Below the pieces are notes generated by a model. The model was not told the DNA's origin, ran no database searches, and saw nothing but the letters and a program-made list of their open reading frames with translations. A DNA stretch of 64,000 nucleotides from Octopus sinensis. Its lineage: Eukaryota. The DNA is taken from the NCBI RefSeq assembly GCF_006345805.1, contig NC_043000.1, positions 65,410,001 to 65,474,000 on the forward strand. The letters run 5' to 3'. The position numbers and the translations under genes are program-made. Below, piece after piece: positions 53,656 to 64,000 of this stretch (the first letter of the stretch is position 1; every line of letters starts with the position of its first letter).

Positions 53656-54569
53656 TGTAGGGCGACCGCACGAGAGGAGAATGGTAATGAATGTCTCCTT
53701 TAAACACCACACGGTCGCCTTACAATAAAGCCAAAATGCAAGTGCCAAAAGGAATAAGGAAGAAGACGACCGTATAATGTAAGAGAGAAAAGGTTTTTAT
53801 TTAAGTGTTAACTTGTGTGTCTGTGTGTTCGTGACTGTGACATAAGTGCGTGTGTGTATGTGTGTGCGTTATAAGTATGTAGATAACAATACAGAATATA
53901 GAAAGAGTGTCCAGGAACAAATGGAGAAAATTACCAGTTCGTAGTAATGAACACAATAGTAGAGGTTCTGTAACAGAGAAGTTGAGGCTACTAAGTCTAT
54001 CCTATGCCGAGTTACTTGGTACAGAAAGTTCTCGCAGGTAGTCTGAGCTGTTAACCTTGGTGAGTATTTACAAACAGCGTGAAGCTAAACCTGGACAATG
54101 TTGATGTGTACATATTGTTGAAGTCGACGGTGGTGATGGCGACGGTGGAGAAAAACGACGTTGAGATTAAGGCAGGTCCTGAGATGCTGCGGTAGTGTTG
54201 GTGTCGTCGCTGTCTGTCGCCAGAACATGGCTGAGTCGTTCGAACTGGCTGGTTGTCGCTGGATGTTCTGTGGTCAATGGTCTACGAACAAAAGACAAAC
54301 GATTCAATGGATCGCTAGGTTTTATAACAATCTAGAGGCTCCAGAAGAAAACCTGGAAGACTGTGTCACGGTGCCTTATCAGAAGGTTGCGATTGGTTGG
54401 TTTACACATTGGCGCGGAATAAAGCATGAGTCAAAACTGCACCAAAACCAACCAATCAGAGCAGCAGACACAACTGGGCCTAAACAGCCGAAGGATGGCT
54501 GTTATCTGCCACGACGTTATTTGTATGATATCTCTCAAAGAGGGATAACGTATTTCGCTAAGCGTTACA
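53656..54569 (+). mobile_element. Solo LTR (914 bp)
   Basis: TGTAG...TTACA termini with a 4-bp TSD GATG on both sides. Confidence 0.75.
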
Positions 54570-54749
54570 GATGTAATTTGTGACACTGAATCGGAATTTG
54601 TTACTCATTTATTCCAGAAAGATTTTACGAAAATGTTACAAGTGTTTAGAGTTTGATCATTTTCAGAATTTTCAGCTAATCAGAAAACAACGCGTTCGCT
54701 TCCTCTTCCATCATCTGTCACAGTAACGAGAAGACGAGGGCGCGTCGCC

Positions 54750-54802
54750 ATGTCAAAATCTTTATACATTCTCGAATCAAATTCCTACAGTTATAAAAAC
54801 AA
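54750..54802 (+). CDS. Candidate first coding exon of a divergent gene (MSKSLYILESNSYSYKN, phase 2); product unknown
   Basis: gtcgccATG context in a CpG-rich stretch, strong AA|GTAAGTAT donor, CpG depletion from ~57.4 kb; no second exon confirmed. Confidence 0.4.
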
Positions 54803-54836
54803 GTAAGTATGGAACACGTGGTGGTTACACTCTTTG

Positions 54837-54850
54837 GTTGCTATGGAAAC
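54837..54850 (+). promoter_or_regulatory. RFX X-box motif GTTGCTATGGAAAC
   Basis: Exact match to GTHNYY-AT-RRNAAC, 35 nt after the candidate donor; may belong to the adjoining repeat. Confidence 0.35.
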
Positions 54851-56562
54851 AGGGTTTTTTGCTTACTATGCTAACAGAACTTCACGGTGATGTGTAAAAT
54901 ACTCGGTTCTGATTGGCTAAAATACCCAAATTTTGGAAACTTTAATGGCTAATAACTTTTTAATTATAAATTTATGGGGGAAATGATTTTTATTTTCATA
55001 ATCAGTATATAAAACGTGATCCATATACCAAATTTGAAAACAATTGCAACAAAATTAGAGACAGTGACTCAAACCACAAAGATCCCTGATGTTTTTCATG
55101 GAAATGTAATAAGCCGTGGTTCTAAACTGGGAATCTGAGAAAGATGGTTCGAATCTAGGCAGAAATCTCGTTACACCGAATTTTCTTAGCAAACTACAGG
55201 GGCCTTCACTGGATCAACGAATGCTAGATATAGTGGCTTACGTTTAGTTAAGAACTTTCTATATGGTTGTCTCACTGGAAGAGAGCAACTGCAGTATCTC
55301 GTCCTTGTACAAACCCGAACCGCATCTCATGTAAGGTAATCTTTTGACAATTTCTAATAACTCTGTTTCTTTCATAATTTAGTGAATGTATTTGATATCT
55401 CTACACTTATTTCTATAGCATCTCACTTGCCCTTGTAGCACTTGATGATATTGCCCCCTTTACTACTGGTTAAGTATGCGAAAACTACTGTGTATCATAC
55501 TTCGCTGGGTATTTCCAGTATTTCAGTGACTGTCGTGGATGGTCCAGCTGTTTTCCTCGCTTCATAATTGCCCTCTCGATTGTATCTTCAGTGCTCATCT
55601 TCGAATCGTCCCTTTCCTGCGCAATCTCTTTATCAAGTAGTAACCTTTACAGGTCTCCTTCTCGACATTAAGTGAGGACAGGCGCAGCTCTGTTATTAAG
55701 AGCACACTTCTACGATCTATTAATTCGCACTGACTTCAGTTTAAACACTTCTCGCTTCCCTATTCCCTCATCGCAGCATAATGGTAAATCCCTAACTTTC
55801 AGCTTATCTCTTTCTTAAGTATATCTGTCTAGTCTTTCTTCCAGTTATCTTCTACGGTTCCTATCTACTGTTCCATTAATTCCACCTAACTCGCTCGATC
55901 TATAGATCTGGACCACCACAGCGTGTCCCCTAAACCTCCTTACATTTTAAGCCGCTATCTATCACTTCTTAATATCTAAAACCAACGGTTCTTTCAGCTT
56001 CAATATTTCCCTTCTTCAATCTATTGCATCTCTGATTCCGTCAAGCTCATCCCTCACTGGTTCAACGATACATGTCTGTCTCACTTCCTGGTGAATATGA
56101 AGTTTATTTGGCTCGCGAGTTTGTCTGATAAATAGTAAGTGATCAGGAAGCTGGTCACCTACTGAAGTGAACAGCGTGAATGAATGAGGTCATTCGCATC
56201 AAAGAACTCACGAACGCGCGCACACATATGTGAGTTTTGTGACGCAAACGACCTGACTGACCAAACAGATGCGCGAGCGCATATACGTATGTATACTCCA
56301 CCCAATACATACATACTTATTTATTTATTTATTTATCTATTTAATACATTTGTGTACTCAAACAAGACAAGTAACTGTAGGGCTTTCCGGTGCAGTAACT
56401 GTCGGAGAAGAAGACATTTCCTAATAGGCCATGTAAGAACACCTCTGCCAGTCGTAGTACTACAAACTGTTAATATAGTTTCATTTCAAGCAGATTTGTG
56501 TCTCATTTTCATTAGACTGTAGTCACGCTGGGGCACCGCTTTGAAGAATTAACACACCAACA

Positions 56563-56600
<38 letters not shown>

Positions 56601-56937
56601 ATATGACGGGCTTCTTTCTATTTCCGTCTACCAAAGCCACTCACAAGCCTTTGGTCAGCTCAAGGATATAGTAGAAGACACTTGCCCAAAGTGCCACGCA
56701 GTGGGACTGAACCCAAGACCATGTGGTTGAGAAGCAAACTGCAGTCGTAGATATTTAATCCTTAAACGACGGACATCATCAATTGATATATCTTCAGAGA
56801 ACACAAAACACAATCGATGCTTAAAACATTTTACATGCATACGACCTTCATCAAATGAAATTGAGTATTTTACGGCACTTTTCGAAAATGAGATTGTAAA
56901 TTTTATTGTGCGAGTGACTAACAATTGTATTTATTAA

Positions 56938-57430
56938 GGTGGAATTTTGGTTTAATCCCTCATAACTTTTATATATTTTGTAATTTTCCGAAAATTTTTG
57001 CGAATTTGTGTTCTACACACTAGAATTCATACGATTATGCAAAAAAACTTTGTGTAATTTAGCTGTTATTTTTAGTACATCTTACGACCATCCTCGTTCT
57101 TTTTTTTTCCTGTCACACTGATAGCTATTGATGTTTTTCAATATTTTTCTCCCTATAAACACATGTAATGGAATGATGATGTATCAAAGGTGATCCATTG
57201 CTGGGATTTAAGCAAGAAGTTTTTACTATCTGTATTTTAAACTCTGATTAAAAAAAAAAAAAGAATGGAACTTTTGGGATTTAAGGATTGGGGTGGTAAA
57301 TTATTAAAAAAGTTTTATATATATATAATCATGTGAATTCTCGCATGTTAAACACAAATCTGCAAAAATTTTCTGGAAATTCCAAAATATGAAAAAGTTA
57401 CATGGGGTGCTTAAACCAGAATTCTGCCCT
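56938..57430. mobile_element. Second copy of the TTAA-associated MITE
   Basis: Collinear with 8621-9150; right TIR ggtgcttaaaccagaattctgccct. Confidence 0.6.
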
Positions 57431-60157
57431 TATTTAATGTGAAATTAAATAACCAATAAGAAAATGAGATATTTTATATTTTTGCCTGTCTGGAACCTCT
57501 TCTCATCGTTGAAGGGTTAAGCCACAATTAACCTAGTTTATTTATGAACTCCATACACTACCACTACACAATCCAATGTGTACTTTTTTGTAGAATGGTA
57601 AGGATTGGAGAGGCAAAGGCTACTATGCTATCAATACAAGTGAGGGAAAGAGTCCTAAGCGCGTACATCCAATATGTGGTTGCATGACTTGGAACATTAA
57701 ACAAGAGCAAAAGCTTATCAATGCTGCTGAGAAGTGGAAGCTGAAGGTATCATAGACCAGACAGGGTGACTGACAAGTGTCAAAGATAAGCAGAAACCAC
57801 TAGAAAACTTCCTAACAAAATAAAGAAGCGGAATCAAGTTCATGAGAAGACAAACAAGGCTTGGTGCCTTAATGTCTATTTTCCATGCTGGTGTGGGCTG
57901 GGTGACTTGACACAATCTAACTGGTTAAAACCTTAATTAGCAACAAGGCATTTAGTCATGTATTGCTTTTATGTTATTTTGCTATATTGTCATTTTGTCA
58001 CATTGTTGTAAACCTGAATTGATTTTAATATATTCACAATGTCAGTAATTCTAAACAGTTTCTATGCAAGCCAACAAGAGAAGCTCTATGTGAATACTTG
58101 ACTTGCTAAAAATGGCAGCCAAATTTACCTCAAACTAGTATTATTGTCTTGAAAGGGAGAAACACCTCTAATAATAAAGCCTGAAGAGTTTCAATTGAAA
58201 TACCTTTGATCATGATGCAACTTGATCGGGACTGACCTGGGACTAAACATCACCTACCTATATTCATAGACTTGAACAGGAAGGGACTCCTCTCTAAAAT
58301 TCATTTATATTACAAGTGTAGGATATTTATCATGATAATTACTTCAATTCAGATGATCATAATTATCCATCAATGGGTGATAACCTAAAACAACTAGTAG
58401 TTGATGTTTTGACAAAATCATTAGTAGAATAAATGAAATAAGCACAACTGTGTACTGAACTGGAGTTGGACACTTGGTTCTCTAAAGGCTCATCATCGCT
58501 TTTGTAAGACTCAGCATAAACTAGCTTGTCTAAGTCAATGAAGAAGTCATCATATTGTAGCAATCTTGTATAAAAACATTATTTATACACTAATAAAAAG
58601 CCCAAAAAACCCTGTTTCTTTCATAGTCTTGCCATTATTGCTCAATGCGAGACAACTCAAAAATTCCAATACAGTAACTGGACTTTTATTTTTTGTACTG
58701 ATGACCACTCAGAATTGGTTGGGTGATGTGACCCTCTTCAGGGATTCTGTAACTTGGGACCTGATGAGAAGGCTTAGAATAGAGTGGATTGCTAAAGTCC
58801 TGATAGGCTTTCACATTGCTTCCATTTACCAATTTTCACTGACAAGGCTTTAATCAACCCAAATATAAAGAAGACACTCGTCCAAAGTGTCACACTGTAG
58901 GATTGAACCTAAAACTTCATAGTTGCAAAGCTACAGTAATGCTTATAAGAAATAGCAGTAACATTCCTTCAAATTCAGCATTCTACAGTTTTATGACAGG
59001 AAGCACAAAATAAACAAAGTAGTCCTTGTTAAAAGAAGAGATTTATGACTTTGATTATAAAGTTGCTGTATCAGAGCTGGCTTAAACAAAACAGTGTAGA
59101 GTACAAAGCATGTTATTGTCACATGAAAGTTATCACCTACCATGTCCTATATATTCACACTAAACAATTAAATAATTTAGATTATCCCTTTCCACTTAGG
59201 AAACTTTTTAATAAAGATATTAACTGTCAGAAAGTTCCCTTCCACCATCTGGTCAAGACCTCCTGAGGCAAAACCTACTCTAAATTCAAAAGATTGAAGA
59301 GGTTTTTTTGTCCTTTCTCTTTAGGAAGGGCCCAACAGATATTCACAGGTACCTCTTGTCACTCTGAGCCTCGGTCTGATATACTAGTTGAACACTCCAC
59401 CTCATATGAGTCAGGCCTCTAGTTCATAACTTCAGTAGTAATTCATTCAACTATTTATTGAAGCACCCTGGAATATTTAATCTTGAATTGGTTTATCAAG
59501 CATCAAATAAGAATATAACTACTATTCCTGATACCATTTAAGTATGACTTCCACATTACAAAGTGTAAAGCCTCAATAGAAACTTCCCTTATGCTAAACA
59601 AGTGGAAAAATAATTACATTACCCCATTGTCAAGTGGAGCTATATTTATAACTGTTGTACATTTCTCAAAGAGGGAATGAACACATCGTACTTAATAGTT
59701 ACAAACATGGAAAAAAGACAAAAAACGGCCACATGGAAAAGTAATAACAGGAAAGATGACTGCAAGATATGTAGAAAGTACAAGTGTAGATTTTCAGAAC
59801 AATAAAGAACAAAAAATGTCAACTATGTCAGAGAGTGAACTTTTCAGGAAATCATGTTTGTTGATCATAGTATGAATGCTAATTGCTTAACACTAGGTCT
59901 GCCAAATTTGAGCAGACCTGTTATGAGAGGTATTCAAGCCTTGACCATGCTGTCTACTTTAAGCCTGCGTTACACTGTCTTTTTTTTTGTAAGATGACAG
60001 GTTGTGGTCTGAGGAAAATTTGGCTGTTATTTTGACTAAGATGGTATACAGGTTCCTACATTAATTAGTGAAACATATGGCTTGGTATGGCAATGTGGTC
60101 ATGGGTTCGGTCCCACTGCATGGCAGAGTGGGAAAGAATCTTCTACTATAGCTCTAG

Positions 60158-61510
60158 GCTAGAGATCAATTCATGCAGCCCGCCACCACACTGTACCTTT
60201 TGTGTAAGTACCTGCAATGAGAGTTCATTCCTGCAGCAAGTGTTTTAACTTGCATTGTCGTGTTTAAACAAATTTGAAGAGTGCTGTATATAAAAGGGAC
60301 TGGCTTTAGTTAATTATGTTATATATTTTGCATATTTGAGTGACGAAAGAGCTCACAAGAGATAAAGCATCTAATATTTTCAAGCTTTGATATCTATTTA
60401 AGCCCTAATATTTTTATTGCCCTACACTAAAAAAAAAAATGACTTAATTAAATTAGTATCAAATTCTTAATACTTTTATTCAATATGATCTTAATTATTT
60501 TTTATGAAGCTCTTCTAATTAACTTACATAATAAATCTTAAATACATTAGCATAATTATAAAACTTGCTTAATTAAATATCATATTGGAAAAAACACTTT
60601 TAAACTAATTATGTAATAACATACTTTAATGTCATGAATTATTTACATTTAGTTTGACATGTTTATTATATGTCACAAAAATTTTTTTTACTTACTTTTC
60701 TAAAATTTGTTTGGTAGAATATTCAATGTGTAAATAAACAATTGTTTTTCATTTTCATATCTTGTTTTCTTTACTCATCGTTATGGTTACTAATAATAAA
60801 AAAAGTAGCTGCTGAGTGTCGCCTTTTCAATGAAGAATGGGGAGAAAAGTACTTTTTTGTGGAAACAAACAACCAGAAAGCTAGTTGCATGATATGCAAA
60901 GAAAGTGTTGCCGTTTTGAAAGAGTACAGTCTTCAGTGTCACTATGAAACAAAACATCTGTCAATATATTTAAAATTTTCTGGAAAGTTGCATTCTGAGA
61001 AATTTGAGTTAATGAAACGTAGTTTGGAATCTGAAAGGAATCTCTTCATGAGAATGTTTGCTGAAAATGAAGGTCACTCGTTACAAAATAGTGCATAAGA
61101 TGGAAGTGCAGAAAACTTTGCAGTGGAATCAGCTTTGATGTGCTTCAGTTGATGGAGTGAAAGACTTGGCTGGAGTGAGGAAGGCGCAGGTGGGGCAGAT
61201 CAAAACTAAGTTGGAAGATCTTCAACTTCTGGGCACTTTTTTTATACACTGCATTATACATCATCAAGCACTCTGTGGGAAAGACTTAGATATTTCTTGT
61301 GTACTGAAATCAGTTGTTTCTGGGGTGAACGTCATTCAGGGTCATGCACTTAATCACAGCCAGTTTCAGGATTTTCTTAAAGAAACTGATTCTGAATTCT
61401 GTGACTTTCCTTATCACATAACAGTGAGGTGGCTCAGTTGTGGCAAAGTCCTCTTTTGTTTTTATAAGCTCCAAAGAGAAATAGATAAAGTTGTCATTTT
61501 TGGTTGACAT
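60158..61510 (+). mobile_element. hAT (SPIN/GTF2IRD2-like) transposon remnant
   Basis: BED-like finger EKYFF...CMICKESVAVLKEY.L..HYETKH; HCIIHHQALC; VRWLSCGKVL. Confidence 0.85.
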
Positions 61511-61619
61511 CACATTCCACATGAATAAATTGAACTTGAAACTTCTGAGATCTCTCCAGAATCATCAAAGGATTTTGGAGAAAGCTATCATTATTTGAAT
61601 CACACAGAAACCATCCACT

Positions 61620-63640
61620 ACCTCAAGAGAGTCTAAGTCCCGTATGCCCTTTGTGTTTATTGTTCCTGCACATCTGCCACACATGAAGGCAACTTACATT
61701 GGATGCAGTGACTTCCAACTCCTTTCCTACATATTGAGCAGGGCCATTTACCTGATGGAAAGAGAGGCTTATTTGCTTTCTTGATAACACTCTCAACTTA
61801 CTGAGAACACTACTGTATTTGGTTTGTACTGCTCTAACAAGCCACTCCTCTATTCCTAATTTTCTTAGGGACCACCAGGTAACAGAGCAAGGGACTTTGT
61901 CAGAAGCTTTCTCCTAGTCGACAGAAGTACAATGACTTACTTTTGGCCAAACACTTTTCCTGCAGCTGTCTCATTAGGAAGATGGCATTTGTGGTACTCT
62001 TCCCAGGTACAAAACCAAACTGCATCTCAGCTACTTTAATTCTATTTCTAATCAATTGAGCTATAACTCTCATAACCCGGTCTAGTATTTTGATACCTCT
62101 GTAATTGTTTCCATCTAAAGCACCACTTTTACTCTTGTAGCAGCCAACTATAACACTACTGCACCAGTCACTGGAGATGACACCTTCCTGAAAAACATGG
62201 TTAACTATATGAGTAACTAGGCTGTATCCTACACTGCCAGATATTCTATTCATCTTGGCAGTGATTCCTGATGGTCCAGGGGCTTTCCCTATCTTCATAT
62301 CCATAATTGCCTTATCTATTATACTACTATCAACTCTGATGGCTGGTCCCTCAATTGGTTCAATATTTGATTCTTCTTCTCCCATGCATTTTCCACATTT
62401 AGTAATCTTTCATAATGGCACTTTTATGCATGTTTCTTCTCTGAGTCACAAAATGCAAGCATACCATTATCCCTTCAGATACATTTCTCACCCCACAATA
62501 CTATTCTCTCTGATACACTGCTTTGCAATCCTGAACAGCTCACACTGTAGAACATTGACAAATCTCTTACCTTCTGCTATGTAAACCTGTCACCTATCTT
62601 CCCTTATGTCTACCTTTATAATTCTCTGCTTCCACCATTTTTCTAGTCTTTCCAGGCCTGTGTCTTTGCTTTTATAGTACTGTCTACCTCCTTTGTTCCA
62701 CCATCATATCACCCTTAGCATAGCTGGTTGCACCAGCCATGGATTTGGTCTGCAGCCCTCAGTAGATTGTCCCACAGGAACTTTCAATTGTCCCCTAAGC
62801 TATATGTCTCTGCTTCCTCCTCTCTCTTTTGTCAGAGGCTTCCATTTGAATATCTCTAAATTTCTAAATTTAGTTTGCTGGATCTTTGAGCTTTCATAAT
62901 CTTTTCCAGAATGGTTTATTTCTCACTGTTTCTAACTTTAATTCTGAAGTCACTAACTAGTAACTTATGTTGGGATGTACACTCTTCACATCTGCCTATC
63001 TCATTGCCTGGTGATGAGGTAATTGATCTGGCTTATGTACCCACCAGACTGATAAGTGATTAGGTGGCTGGTTGGTTTTCTGAAGTTAGGGTTGCAGATC
63101 ACAAGACCATTTGCATCACAGAACTCCAGTAGCCTTGTTCCCACCTCATTCCTAGAGCCAAAGCCATAACTACCATGCATGGGAATGCTGCCCAACATCT
63201 CCATTAAAGTCACCAGCCACAATAACCAAGTTTCTATCATTTAACGTTGAGGTAGTCTGCAGAAGGACCTCATAAAGTTGGTCCTTCTTGTCATCAGCCA
63301 GCTCAGACTGTGGAGCATAGGCAGAGATAAACGTAACTGTTAATTTATCTATAATAAGTTTCAGCTTAATAACCCTATTGCACATTCTAACTACCTCAAT
63401 TATCTCATCTACCCACTTTTCTGTTAAAAATATGCTTACATCACCCACTCTATCACTTTTGCATACCCAGGAGAATTTGAACCTGTTTCTTACCCGCGAG
63501 AAACCTAGCTGAGGTTCCCTTCCATCTTACTACCAATGCTCCAGCATTTCAATAATCTCGCCAGACCTACCTTTCATAGTGCCAACGTTGATAGCAGCAG
63601 CCCTAGAATTGTGTAGTTTCTCCAACACATTAACTCCTCT
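61620..63640 (-). mobile_element. RTE-clade LINE ORF2 remnant (APE endonuclease + RT)
   Basis: ISAYAPQ, AGDFNGDVG, G.RLLEFC, GKAPGPSGI, NYRGIK, QFGFVPGKSTT.AIF..RQLQEK. Confidence 0.92.
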
Positions 63641-64000
63641 TCAAATTTCAGTATCTTGAGATGAGCCCTGTCTACTTTTATATTTGATGAATGGCTACTA
63701 TAGAAAAAAGTTAAATAGATTCCCCTTTAATTCTATCTATTTTATGGGCTTGTATTTTCTATTGGGAAATAATATATTAAAAATCAAAAAATTCAACTGA
63801 GTTCATTGAAATAAATGCTCAAAAACAATGTTAGTAGATCTTCGTTGTTCAACAATGAGGAATCAGTTGTTCAACCAGTATATACTAATGGCTGGGTATG
63901 CCACACACATGTATGGCACAGTGTATGTCAAGGCTGTACTTTCTGAATTACATGTACTTTTCATCTAATGAGCTTCAGTATAGTTTTTGTCTAACCAATT

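Noticed and set aside
59325-59348. 24-nt candidate second exon of the plus-strand gene
   Set aside because: It sits in repeat-like sequence with a weak donor and has no independent support.

Overview
AT-rich, microsatellite- and transposon-dense animal genomic DNA. The SINE and RTE families look like those of an Octopus-type cephalopod (inference from repeat style, not checked by search). The ORF track misses the main feature. By hand I assembled a 13-coding-exon gene on the minus strand (ATG at 35676, running off the window beyond 835). All splice phases are compatible, giving 1038 nt = 346 aa with no stop: MNPAKNTWITLFFVVIFMDMSLAAT-V-YSGK-A-QSSCP-V-EESDCN-A-QRQIICK-E-QFSSLSCQIQFAPLKKCFVQVCINQKHTHFETPPVNLNDLNLTAYIDFTVINDLNS-R-KKHCYATCCLKENVNSENLCFDNKCQYKRIYIFGRKDFSMSSTASEYICLSGNQMAIRK-ALKKQQLDKELMIVGLRDKVYYDKEMSIKKNQQVCQEKWQIL-D-SNKEEWESVFHKNITNCLLKPKQRDQVINEDYTLVLQ-GKNGSMDIWHFLVVKS-G-SPVTDK-TTTISYNHTTTMEKKTADNLQNRTSKSKKHNLVKFIDTINNLPDVVMETENKMQ-IFVDILNNMTKKNCWTNLNNE. 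It has a signal peptide, a Cys-rich glycosylated ectodomain, a Thr-rich stalk and an ending that resembles the start of an adhesion-GPCR GAIN domain. Directly after the signal-peptide exon come four symmetric phase-1 microexons of 15, 18, 21 and 24 nt. Three of them have homologous intronic flanks (exon duplication). A duplicate of the 15-nt exon has both splice dinucleotides changed G->A (AA/AT), which is the change A-to-I editing could reverse. The rest of the window is degenerate TEs (Helitron, Gypsy and solo LTRs, RTE, Tx1/L1, RLE-type LINEs, mariner, maT, hAT, MITEs, SINEs), a CpG-rich intergenic block (~39.4-57 kb) and a possible first exon of a divergent plus-strand gene. TE boundaries are approximate unless TIR or TSD coordinates are given.
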